Source: Octopus bimaculoides | Lineage: Eukaryota | Assembly (NCBI RefSeq): GCF_001194135.2 | Contig: NC_069005.1 | Span: forward strand, 21,095,841 to 21,150,027 | Length of the DNA stretch: 54,187 nt | Direction: 5' to 3' | Shown: one piece after another, positions 40,320-51,790 of the stretch | Position numbering within the stretch: the first letter of the stretch is position 1 | Layout of the letters: each line of letters opens with the position of its first letter | Notes under the pieces: generated by a model | What the model was told of the DNA's origin: nothing | Database searches by the model: none | What the model saw: the letters and a program-made list of their open reading frames with translations, nothing else | Program-made: the position numbers and the translations under genes

Positions 40320-41040
40320 CAGATGGAAAGGTTTGTTGTCACCGTCTAACAGTTTCCTAACATTCCCAGAGTTGAGGATAAATTTTCTGGTTTTAGGGGT
40401 GTGTCAAGATTGATAAATTTTCCTGTTTCTTCAATTGTATCATTGCATGATCTGCCAAGACCAGTGGCCTGGCAAGTCCAAGCAGGGCAGGCATTGTTTA
40501 AGGTTCCTTTTCAGGTTCCTGTTCCTGAATTGGATAGAACAATGCTGCACCTAAAGTGGTCTGCTCTGTCACTTTATGAGGATATAGATCCACATCTGGT
40601 CCAGGTCTGTGGAAAATGACCATCATTCCTGCAGGATCAAAGCTGAAGACATCCAATAGCTGTCCCCATTGCATTTTTTCCTATCACCACTAACTTACGA
40701 AGATAATGTAGATGCATTGGTGCTGGTGTCTTGGTTTGCTCAACAACCTGACAAAGACTATTATCGTTATAGTAGGCATGGTTTTGTGCTGAGCCAGTTC
40801 CACTCCCCGGCCCTTCAAACTTGAATTCGTCTGGCGCAACAAGTGCCATGTGCCAAATAGTTATCAATACGCAGGATTTGTATGGCACTACCTTCTCTTA
40901 GACGAACAGCTAAAGAGCTGAAAAGCCTCATCTACCCAGGGGGAACAGCAAAAGAGCTGAAAAGCCTCATCTACCCTGGGGAACAGTGAAAAAGCTGAAA
41001 AGCCTCATCTAACCCAGGTCTGTTGGGGTGTCTGTTAGTG
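40320..41040 (-). mobile_element. RTE-BovB-like LINE 5' region
   Basis: Minus strand RKFILNSGNVRKLLDGDN resembles the APE N-terminus (WNVRTLLD). About 37-bp tandem x3 at 40895-41015. Confidence 0.5.
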
Positions 41041-41149
41041 ATCTTCTGGAGGTATGTAAGTTGACCTATAGCTGAGATATTACTGTTCTGAGTCAGAGTA
41101 GACCTTCAAACAATAGTTGCTAAGAGGTGGTCAAATATTCCTCAGAACA

Positions 41150-41575
41150 CTGAAACTCCCAAATCAGGGCCCCACTACAGAATGCCATGCAAAGTCATCC
41201 AAACTACAGGCAGCTGCTGACAAACATGATATGAAAACCTTCTGTGAAGGTCTCAAGGCAATTTATGACGCCCTAAAACCAGTAGCATCACATCAGTGCT
41301 AACATCAGATATCACCCAGCTTATGGACAATAATAATATCCTCTCTCATTGAGCAGACTACTTCAATACAGTTATAAACCCAGTCTCTACCGTAAACATT
41401 ATTGTTTCCCTCCCACAAATGCTATCTTGGATCAGCTTGACTTGGATCATTCCTGTTAGAAGTGATGATAACCATAAAGAAGCTGTTCTCTGGGAAATCA
41501 CCAGGCTCTGATAGCATAACAGGAGAGGCCTAGAAGCATGGCAGGATCCAACTGGTTAAAAAAACTCACCAAATA
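41150..41575 (+). mobile_element. RTE-BovB-like LINE internal fragment
   Basis: KLQAAADKHDMKTFCEGLKAIY followed by degenerate K.LSGKSPGSD...KHG.IQLVKKL. Confidence 0.75.
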
Positions 41576-41960
41576 GTGGCTGTGTTGTAAGTAGCTTGCT
41601 TACCACCCACATGGTTTCGGGTTCAGTCCCACTGCGTGGCACCTTGGGCAAGTGNNNNNNNNNNNNNNNNNNNNNNNNNNNNNNNNNNNNNNNNNNNNNN
41701 NNNNNNNNNNNNNNNNNNNNNNNNNNNNNNNNNNNNNNNNNNNNNNNNNNNNNNTAAGCATTTCGCCCGGCGTGCTAACGTTTCTGCCAGCTCGCTGCCT
41801 TTAGAATAACTTTCTCTCTCTGATAGGCTCCTTGACAAGACAAGATTCTAAACTCTAGAAAAAAAAGATCTTTTATCACATGTTTCCAATGCTGTTTTGA
41901 GTGAGACAGTTAAATGAATTTTAAAAAATAAAAATATATATGAAAGACCCGTATACTAAC

Positions 41961-42021
41961 CTGGTTGATAGAAATTTGAGAAAACATGCAGTCAGTGGGT
42001 AACCAGATTGCTTTACTGTAT
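41961..42021 (-). CDS. ELP5: ELP5-like coding exon 2 (61 nt; (D)TVKQSGYPLTACFLKFLST(R), phase 1/2)
   Basis: Acceptor ttttcatttcag, donor AG|gttagt. G+AT completes Asp in frame with exon 1. Aligns by eye to human DSVEWEGRSLLKALVKKSAL; the 61-nt size matches the recalled human exon. Confidence 0.75.
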
Positions 42022-42649
42022 CTGAAATGAAAATTGGTATCTTAAAGTCTAATTGAGCAAAGTGATGATGATGATAATCCTTTCTAATATAGGCACAAGG
42101 CCTGAAATTTTGGCGGAGGGGGCTAGTCAATTACATCAACCCCAGTACTCAACTGGTATTCATTTCATCGACCTGGAAAGACTAGAAGGTAAAGTCAACT
42201 TTGGGAGAATTTGAACTCAGAATGTGAAGACGGAAGAAATGCTTCAAGTATTTCATCCAGCATGCTAACGATTCTGTCAGCTCACCGCCATAATAATAAT
42301 AATAATAATAATAATCTTTTCTACTGTAGGCACAAGACCTGAGGGGTATAGTTGATTACATTGACCCCAGTTTTCACTGGTACTTAGATTTATTAACCCT
42401 GAAAAGTAAAGTCAACCTCAGCGGAATTTGAAATCAGAATGTAACATCAGGCAAAATATCACTAAGCATTTCGTCTGGCATGCTAACGATTCTGTCAGCT
42501 CACCGCCTTAATAATAATAATAATAATAGTAACAACACTTCACTACAGTAACCATAAGAGCATCACAGCAAACCACAGCACATACCCAAAGCACACAGAG
42601 CTGCACTTGGTAGTGAAGTGAAAGCACGCTATAAAAATAAAACTACTGA

Positions 42650-42681
42650 ACAACAACAACAACAACAGCAACAGCAACAGC

Positions 42682-42731
<50 letters not shown>
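42650..42731. repeat. (AAC/AGC)n trinucleotide microsatellite
   Basis: Directly visible; abuts the 5' end of the Dong/R4 fragment. Confidence 0.95.
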
Positions 42732-42732
<1 letters not shown>

Positions 42733-43650
42733 ACTAAAGGAATTGAATAAGGGATTGTGATCGAGTGTGGAATAGGAAAAAAGGACAAAAATTAAATTCA
42801 AAGAGAGCACATTAGACAGATTGAAGAAAAACCTCTGCATGGTCAATTTTGGAGAGCCTTTGAAGATGTGGAACAAAATCCTGGGTTTGGTTAAAAAAGG
42901 GGGCAATTAAAAAAAGAAACAGAGAGCCTAATTGTAGCAGCCCTGAATCAAGTGATAAAGACAAACAACTTGAGAAAAAATGAGTCAGAAAAATGTAGAA
43001 TCTGTGGAACTTGGAATGAGACAGTGGCACACATTGTTGCAGAATGCTCCAAATTGGCACAAGAAGAATATAAGAAATGGAGGCACAACCAAGTAGTAAA
43101 AATTTTACACTGGAAGCTTTGCCAGAAATGGGGAGACACATGTTAGGAACACTGGGTTGAAAAAGTGCTGGAGTTGGAGAATTGTAAGATTCTGTGGGAC
43201 TTTCTGATTCAAACAGACAAGAAACTTGAAAATAATAGGCCAGCCATAACAATAATAGACAAGAAAAAGTGAAGTTGCCTACTAACTGATTCATCATGTC
43301 TGTTTGATTTCAGGATCATAAAGAGAGAAGACAAGAAACAGAAAAAATGCAATCTCTTAAAATTTGAAAGTGCAAGAATTTGGAAAATGAAATTTGTAAA
43401 TGCTGTACCTATAATAATTGGTGCATTGGGAACTGTAAGCAAAGATATAGACAAATGGTCGAAGGAGACTGGAATAGAATGCCCTGAAGAGCTTCTACAG
43501 AAACTTTGCCTCTTAGGAACAGGAAAGATTACCAGGAGGGTCCTAAGCATTTGAAAGACTATTGAAGGATTGTGGATACCTAAGGTCACAAGTAGGAACC
43601 CACTACCCACATAAATTCTACCAGGAACCCGAGTCAAATCAATTATAACT
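42732..43650 (+). mobile_element. Dong/R4-clade non-LTR retrotransposon 3' fragment (REL endonuclease)
   Basis: KPLHGQF; CCHC-type CRICGTWNETVAHIVAEC; RHNQV; KILWDFLIQTDKKLENNRP; VPIIIGALGTV...LQKLCLLGT. A related RT fragment lies at about 40095-40235. Confidence 0.85.
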
Positions 43651-44047
43651 TCATATGAGATCATATACATCCACCCTAGTACTTAACTGGTACTTATTTT
43701 ATTGACCCAAAATGGAACTTCTCAAACCGTCAATGTACAGTGTGCTCATTTGCCACATCTTCACCAGTTTTTGTTTCAAGATGTCTGGGATGCATTGGTT
43801 CCACAACGGAACTCATATTCATAAACAATATGAATTTTTGATCCCTCCATGGGTTCACAAAAATTGATTTACAAGAGAAAACTAACAATATAAACAAACA
43901 CCATGAATTGCATTTCTAAAAGTGATGCTGTAAGTCTTCAATGTTGTAAAACAAAGAATTGTCAGGATAAAACATTAGAGTTAGCAACTGTCAAATTTGC
44001 TGCATAAGAAAATCGGACATTTCATTCTTAATGACCTGATATATATA

Positions 44048-45319
44048 CACAGGGGTTGGACAAAATAATGGAAACATCTAGCATCATAATTTTGAAATAT
44101 CTATAAAACGATCAAAAGCTTGTTTATTTCCATGTTTTTTTTATTTATTATCAGTGTTCCTTAATATGTTTTGCTAAAATTGCTGCTTCTTTTCAGATAT
44201 CATCAGAAAAAGGTAATTAGAATTCATTAAAATGACAGATCTATCGGACTTTCCAAAGAGGTCAAATAGTTGGTGCTCGTATAGCAGGTGCTAGCGTAAC
44301 GAAAGCAGCCGAAAAGCTTGGTGTGTCAAGAAGTACTGTCTTAAAAGTAATGCCAGCTTTCGAGAAAGAGGGAAAAACCTCCTCGTTGAAACAGAACTCC
44401 AGTAGAAAACCAAAACTTTCAGATAGGGACCGTCAGACTCTTACACGAATTGTTAGAAAGGATCACAAAAGTACAGCTCCCAAAATTACTGCAGAGCTTA
44501 ATGACCACCTTGAGAACCCAGTTTCCACAAAAACTGTTTTCAGGGAGCTGCACAAAGCTGGAGTTCATGGGAGGGCTGCAATCAGAAAACCACTACTTTC
44601 AAAAACAAATGTTGCAAAGCGTTTAGAGTGGAGTAAAAACCTACAGAATAGGGCTCTAGAGCAGTGGAAGAATGTTATTTTCTCGGATGAGTCATCTTTT
44701 ACTTTATTTCCAACCACCAGCCAAGTATAAGTGTGGAGACAGCCAAAAGAAGCATTTGACCCAGACTGCCTTCTTCCAACTGTTAAATATGGAGGAGGAT
44801 CTATGATGATCTGGGAGGCTATATCTTGGAAATCCACCAGCTCAATGGTTTCCCTTCATGGCAGAATTAATAGTCAAGACTATTTTAGCATTTTATCTGA
44901 TCAAATTCATCTTATGGTTGCGGAACTGCTTCCGGAGTGAATCGCAATCTTTCAGGATGATAATGCACCAATTCACACAGCTAAAGTTGTTACTGAATGG
45001 CACAAGGAACATGCTAGTGAAGTTGATCATCTTATCTGGGCCCCACAGTCCCTAGATCTCAATATTATTGAACATTTATGGTGCATTTTAGAAAAACAAT
45101 TAAGGAGTCGATATACTCCACCATCAATCACTACAAGAACTGGAGACTGTTTTAACTGAAGAATGGACAAAAATTCCTTTGGAAACAATTCAAACTTTGT
45201 ATGAGTCCATACCTCATAGAATTCAGGCTGTAATTACTGCCAAATGTGGTCCTACCTCATATTAAAATTAATTTGTTTGAAATTTTAAGGTGTTTCCATT
45301 ATTTTGTCCAAGCCCTGTG
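44048..45319 (+). mobile_element. Full-length degenerate Tc1 (DD34E) transposon in ELP5 intron 1
   Basis: TA|CACAGGGGTTGGACAAAATAATGGAAACA...TGTTTCCATTATTTTGTCCAAGCCCTGTG|TA. Transposase 44232-45265 with FSDES, FQDDNAPIH and SLDLNIIEHLW, disabled by frameshifts and stops. Confidence 0.95.
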
Positions 45320-45338
45320 TATATATACAACTTCACAC

Positions 45339-45370
<32 letters not shown>

Positions 45371-46496
45371 CTTTTATCACTTACTTGTTTCAGTCATTAG
45401 ACTAAAGCAATGCTGGGGTACTGCCTTGAAAAATTTAGTTGAATGAATCAACCCCAGTACTTATGTGTTTAAAGCCTGATACTTTTAAGGAACCGTTAAG
45501 TTACATGGATATAAACACACCAACACCGGTTGTCGAACAGTGGTGAGGGACAAACACCGTCAACTACAAATATAATGTCTACTAAATCCATTCGCAAAGC
45601 TATAGTTGAAGACAACTATTCAAGGTGTTACGTTTGAGGACCGAACATGAAACTATGATTGGCAAACGAACTTCTTCACAACACAGTTATGCTGACAAAC
45701 ACACCCAAATGAAATACAGTTTACAATATTTAATGTTTTTTTTTCCCTTTAGTATAAAATATATAACTGCGTAAAAAAATATATTTCAAAGGAATCGTAT
45801 TGCTTTATAGAATACACGACTTTGAGGGACAATGCTTCAGGAAGCTGGACTTCTTGTTTCGTAGCTTATTAAACGAGTATTGGTGATGATGTCATACTGT
45901 ATTAGATTAAACGATGTTATTCCTTGCTTTACACACACACACAAAATTACATTTTATACAAACAAAATACAAAACATTATTACGTATACATATATGAAAG
46001 ACTATTGTTTGTTTCTTTCGAAAATTTAATAACGTTCATGTTTTTTTTTTTATTCTGGCTTCTGTTGTTTTTTGCGAGTTTAGAGCAGTAATATGAAGGG
46101 CTGCTATAATATGAAGGGTTGCCAGTCACAATTTGGTTCGTTTTTGACTATAGGTGTTCCAGTGGGACTTGGCATGGGACTAAAGTTCAACAATGCGTGT
46201 AGAGTAGAACCAGTATATTTCACAAAAAAAGTGGGGGAAAGACATTGTTCTTTGCTAAGAGTAGCAATACAAAGACCATTCTTCAACCTATTATCCGAAG
46301 TATTCTTCCCAGCAGACGAAAATAATTTTTAAAAAATACACGAAAATACAAAGCAGAGGTTCAAAACAATTTAACAGCAGAAACGATATCCAGATATGAA
46401 GCATGAAGTACTTAGTGGACGAGAACTGAGAAGATATAACATTCCTGTTCTATCAAGGATATTAAAGACGCAAAAAAAGTCCAAATGATTAATTAC

Positions 46497-46551
46497 CTTG
46501 TATCAAAACAACTTTCGACTGTTCAGAACCTCGGAGCAAGTTTTCCAACAT
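46497..46551 (-). CDS. ELP5: Elongator complex protein 5-like, coding exon 1 (55 nt; MLENLLRGSEQSKVVLIQ, phase 1)
   Basis: ATG at 46551 in CpG-richer context; donor CAAG|gtaatt. Peptide resembles the ELP5 N-terminus (human MLDSLLALGGLVLLRD, recalled), with the intron splitting the Asp codon. Confidence 0.75.
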
Positions 46552-46589
46552 GCTTCTTAGCGTTTTGACCTCTTGTCGTTTCGAATTTA

Positions 46590-46605
46590 GAGTTATCTCC
46601 CTTGA
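46590..46605 (-). promoter_or_regulatory. Candidate promoter-proximal motif TCAAGGGAGATAACTC upstream of the ELP5-like ATG
   Basis: 38 nt upstream of the ATG in a CpG-richer stretch; identical 16-mer at 21019-21034 (+). Function is inferred only. Confidence 0.3.
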
Positions 46606-47573
46606 TTAGATTGTAGTTACCGTTCTTTTTATTGTTTAACCCTAGGTATGCCATGATCGAGCATTTAACACATGAAGCGCATACAATTACACTACAAATT
46701 AGAGAAGAACATTGGGGTTCAAAAGTAAAAATTGCTGCGTTCGGAGAATGCTATACAATATTCTGAGAATTATTTAAGATTTTTTTTTCCGTTTTTTTTT
46801 TCGATTTGTCCGTAAAGTAAAAACAAGTGCAGAAACAATGCCATGACATACATGCATTCATATAAAAATTAAGTGAAACTCCAGCTGTTTTCGACAATGA
46901 TTACTTAGCTGTTAGATCATCTAAATTACTAGTTCACTGAATTAGCTTGTAAGTGACTAAGCATTTCACGGATACGTGTACAATTAAAAACAAACATCAG
47001 ATAGATTCAGCGCTGCGCAGTGTGTGATAACACTGTTCTTGAAAACGACAGGTTCAACATATCCAACTGACTTATGAGTGGGTCGATCTAAGGCAATGGT
47101 AAAACAAAATCTACTTGCTTAAGATGCAATACAGTGGAACTGAACCTGGAAATTTGTGATTGCAAAGCAAACTTCTTAATTATTTGATCATGTTATACTA
47201 CATATATACATACGCAGGAGTGGCTGTGTGGTAAAGTAGCTTGCTTACCAACCACATGGTTCCGGGTTCATTCCCACTGTGTGGTACCTTGGGCAAGTGT
47301 CTTCTACTATAGCTTCAGGCCGACCAAAGCCTTGTGAGTGGATTTGGTAGACGGAAACTGAAAGAAGCCTGTCGTATATATCCCCAAAGACACTAGTGTA
47401 GCTAGAGTGTGTGCTTCCCCCAGATTTTACAAAAAAAACTCATATTGCCTACAACAGGACGAAAAGTGCCACCCGGGCCAGACCGTCCCTACAGCCCTNN
47501 NNNNNNNNAAAGCCTTGTGAGTGGATTTGGTAGACGGAAACTGAAAGAAGCCTGTCGTATATATCCCCAAAGA

Positions 47574-47685
47574 CACTAGTGTAGCTAGAGTGTGTGCTTC
47601 CCCCAGATTTTACAAAAAAAACTCATATTGCCTACAACAGGACGAAAAGTGCCACCCGGGCCAGACCGTCCCTACAGCCCTAGTG
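47574..47685. mobile_element. Short hAT-type MITE (CACTAGTGTAGCT family)
   Basis: 8-bp TSD cccaaaga/tccaaaga. A partial duplicate sits before the 10-N gap. Confidence 0.7.
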
Positions 47686-48145
47686 TCCAAAGAGACGAGT
47701 GGCAAAGTTGGCCTTATCAGGATTTGAACTCAGAACGTAAGGAACTAGAAAAAAAACCATAAGGATTTTTTTTTTTTTGAACATTCAAACAATTCTACCA
47801 TCTCACCACCTTGAGGAACTGAACAAAAGTAACAACTAATGCCTACTGCTGTTGCCAAATATGTTAAAAATAATGTATTTGTCATCAATACAAAGAAAAT
47901 CAATTACTGTTTCAATTAAGACAATCATGAGTAGAATGCCTTTGATTACAGGTCTGCTGGATCAGAGCTGACCTGGGGCTAAATAGCAATGGCTTCTGAT
48001 TTAGGCCTTATGGCTAGCAACACTGAAGGGAGGGGATTGGTTGAATACATTGACTCCAGCACTTTGATGGTTCTTGGGCAAAAATGTCTTTGGTAGGATT
48101 TGACCTCTGAATATGAAGATGAAGGAAGTAAATACTATCTCAAGT

Positions 48146-48282
48146 CCCTAGCGTAGCTGAAGTGGGTGAGCAGTCCTGCCTGTGTGGTACTTTTAGGTCT
48201 GCTGTAGGCAATATGTGTTTTTTATGGGGACAGCAAGCAGAAGGGCCCACACTGGGAGGTACACACTCTAGCTACGCTAGTG
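48146..48282. mobile_element. Short hAT-type MITE, same family, opposite orientation
   Basis: CCCTAGCGTAGCT...AGCTACGCTAGTG with perfect 8-bp TSD TCTCAAGT (48138-48145 and 48283-48290). A third copy lies at about 52899-53043. Confidence 0.8.
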
Positions 48283-49820
48283 TCTCAAGTCTTAGAACTT
48301 ATAGGGCCAGTTACCTGGTTCCCCATGGTGTATAAGTGACCAAGATCACAACCTCATCATCATCATTTAACGTCCGTTGTCCATGCTGGCATGGGTTGGA
48401 CAGTTTGACCAAAGCTGGGGAGCTGCACCAGACCCCAGTCTGATTTGGCATGGTTTTTACAGCTGGATGCCCTTCCTAATGCAAACCACTTTACAGTGTG
48501 CTGGGTGCTTTTATATGGCACTGCAAGGCACCTTTATGTGGAACTGCACAGGTGCTTTGACATAGCACCACACAGGCACTTACATACACACACTATATAT
48601 ATATATATATATNNNNNNNNNNNNNNNNNNNNNNNNNNNNNNNNNNNNNNNNNNNNNNNNNNNNNNNNNNNNNNNNNNNNNNNNNNNNNNNNNNNNNNNN
48701 NNNNNNNNNNNNNNNNNNNNNNNNNNNNNNNNNNNNNNNNNNNNNNNNNNNNNNNNNNNNNNNNNNNNNNNNNNNNNNNNNNNNNNNNNNNNNNNNNNNN
48801 NNNNNNNNNNNNNNNNNNNNNNNNNNNNNNNNNNNNNNNNNNNNNNNNNNNNNNNNNNNNNNNNNNNNNNNNNNNNNNNNNNNNNNNNNNNNNNNNNNNN
48901 NNNNNNNNNNNNNNNNNNNNNNNNNNNNNNNNNNNNNNNNNNNNNNNNNNNNNNNNNNNNNNNNNNNNNNNNNNNNNNNNNNNNNNNNNNNNNNNNNNNN
49001 NNNNNNNNNNNNNNNNNNNNNNNNNNNNNNNNNNNNNNNNNNNNNNNNNNNNNNNNNNNNNNNNNNNNNNNNNNNNNNNNNNNNNNNNNNNNNNNNNNNN
49101 NNNNNNNNNNNNNNNNNNNNNNNNNNNNNNNNNNNNNNNNNNNNNNNNNNNNNNNNNNNNNNNNNNNNNNNNNNNNNNNNNNNNNNNNNNNNNNNNNNNN
49201 NNNNNNNNNNNNNNNNNNNNNNNNNNNNNNNNNNNNNNNNNNNNNNNNNNNNNNNNNNNNNNNNNNNNNNNNNNNNNNNNNNNNNNNNNNNNNNNNNNNN
49301 NNNNNNNNNNNNNNNNNNNNNNNNNNNNNNNNNNNNNNNNNNNNNNNNNNNNNNNNNNNNNNNNNNNNNNNNNNNNNNNNNNNNNNNNNNNNNNNNNNNN
49401 NNNNNNNNNNNNNNNNNNNNNNNNNNNNNNNNNNNNNATATATATATATATATATATATAACCATACACAGTTATATGCAGTCCTCCTTGAACAAGATGC
49501 CAATGTGTCACTGAGTTACTCATTTATAGATGTGTGAAGTGGAGCAATGTGAAATGAAGTGTTTTGCTCAAGAACATAATATGCAGCCAGTCTAGGAATT
49601 GAAACCACAATCTTGCAGTTGTGAGTGCAGTACTTTAACCACCAGGCCACGCATCTTTGCATGAAGATGAAGAACTAGAATAAATGTTGCATGGAATTTT
49701 TTATGACATTCTAGCAATTCTCACATCTCATCACCTTCTTGGAGTTAAACACCAATAATAGCCAAACTTCAGCATAACTTACAGAAATTTGTTCTTCCAG
49801 TATCGTTTTTTTTTTGAGTC

Positions 49821-50186
49821 TGTAGTAACGCCGTGCGCATGCGTAGTCTCACGCATGCGTGGAATTAAACAAGCAAGCGTTCCCGCTTAATTCTATCTCT
49901 TTTGCGGTCGGCCGACCATGAGCATCGGACGTGTTAAGCTGTCTCTCTACATCTTTCGGACTTACACTCGACAGCTCGCTTGCAACTACAGAACAACGTC
50001 CCAACAACTATGCTCACACACAACAGAAGCTGTAACAACAAGAACTAAAGATGTATATATTTACCACCTGAATAAAGTGTTGTTTAAGTTGATAGTCTGG
50101 AGTTATATTCTTTAATTTTATAGTAGGAAAGTCAGGTATACATCTAAAGATGTATAACCCACTTTCTACTAAAGTGGTTCACTAAA
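49821..50186 (+). mobile_element. Solo LTR, Gypsy-type (366 bp)
   Basis: Starts TGTAGT and ends ACTAAA (one mismatch from ACTACA); 4-bp TSD AGTC at 49817-49820 and 50187-50190; CpG-rich U3-like part and an internal AATAAA. Confidence 0.75.
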
Positions 50187-51364
50187 AGTCCTTTAGCATT
50201 CAGATCTCTCTGTCAAATGCAATGCTTATTTATTCCCGTTGTTTTGAATTAATCATGCATTATCCCATAGCTACGAGATTTGTGATTGTTTTATGATGTG
50301 ATTGTTTATTTTAAGAATGACACTGTAGAGTAAGTGTAAGAGGCCAGATCTGGCCTGTTTGAATATAAAACAGATGGAATATTTGGGCCTGATACAGCCA
50401 GTTTAAATGCTAAAGGATTCATGAAGTTTTCCTGAGATATATTTTAGATAGAGTAGATTACGATTACGCTGGTGGGGAAAATGGGAACAATACTTTTTTG
50501 TTGTTGTATTCTTCCATGCCCACCTCCTACTAAATTTATTACATCTTCTATCTTTTACTTGTTTCAGTCGGCAACCACAAATTGTCCCCGTTCTTATTTC
50601 TAAATCTGGTACTTATTCTATCGGTCTATTTGGATCTTTTTGGTTACTGTCACAGATTTCATATTTTTTCAGTTTTGTTGCGATTGTTTCCAAATTTGGT
50701 TATATCGATTTTTGTAAGCTAATTCTGAAAATGAAATAAATTTTTGCCATAAATTGATAAAAAAACGTAAATACCCTTTAAAGCTTGCAAATTTTAGGTA
50801 GTTTTAGCCAATCAAAAGCCATCATTATACACATGACCGTAAATCTCACATTGCTGTCTGTTTCCATAGTAACAAGCAAAGCTGTAGTCTACTTCATTTT
50901 TATTGTAATAAAGACATTGTATGGCTCAACTAAGATTTTCACCACCGCAACCACCACCACCACCACCACAAGTTTAGACGAGTGACATCATTTTGTGCTT
51001 GTATCATTGTTGTCTATCATTTTGTGACAAGCAGCTATCATGCAGAAAATGCACGGCCTTCTGATTCCTGTTTTCTGATTAGACTAAAAATTATCGAACT
51101 TTGAAGTTCTGGAACATTTTTCTAAACTTTTCTGGGAATAAATGAATCCCAAATTGAGATTCAATGTGAAAAATTACATCAGTATACCAAATTTTAAAAT
51201 TTCCAAATTTCTGACAACATCCGAAAAGATCTGTTTCTTTTTGCTGAACTGCTAATTTACAGGGATGTAAATGAACCAACAAAGGTTGTTAAGCTGTTGT
51301 AGGGAACAAACACAAAGACACACAGAGGATGGGTTTCCATGTACCAAATTCATTCACAAGATAT

Positions 51365-51790
51365 TGATTTTATTTGCATTCATGTATGTATACGATATAT
51401 GAATAATACAAAACCACATTAAAATACAAATCCTAAAACAATAGCCATGATTCTTCCGTAATACGAGTTCTCACAAAAGAAGGAGAAATGAAAAGAAAAT
51501 AGTGGGACGGGGGGGGGGAGAAAAAGAGGAGAGACAAAAGAAAAGAGAAGAAAGACAAAAAAAAACATCAATGCAGCACCAAGTGCTTCAATTCGTTGCA
51601 CAGCACAAGGTTCAACGGAACCCACTGAAGCAAGCCAGCATGGATGATGGCGAGGCTAAGCCGTTGGAGAAGCCAAGCGCTCTCACGGGCATCACCTGAC
51701 CACTCGGTGAGGCGAGCTGCCAACGATGACAAGAACTTCGCGGTTAGTCACTCAGTCCCGCCAAACGTCTCAAACGCCACAGGACTGTAG
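51365..51790 (-). mobile_element. CRE-clade-like non-LTR retrotransposon 3' fragment inserted in a SINE
   Basis: Minus strand YSPVAFETFGG...KFLSSLAARLTEWSGDARESAWLLQRLSLAII matches the C-terminal REL region of CRE-like elements, followed by a 3' tail ending near AATAAA. Confidence 0.65.

Noticed and set aside
46093-46332. Overlapping 60-79-aa ORFs in ELP5 intron 1
   Set aside because: No recognisable homology and no acceptor in phase with exon 1.
48445-49523. Large ORFs containing X runs (also at 3571-4109, 5114-5460, 8360-9148, 15764-16563 and 33721-34482)
   Set aside because: Open only because they cross N gaps.
49918-50115. ORF MSIGRVKLSLYIFRTY... resembling a mitochondrial targeting exon behind an NRF1-like motif
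   Set aside because: It lies wholly inside the TSD-bounded solo LTR, and no downstream in-phase exon was found.
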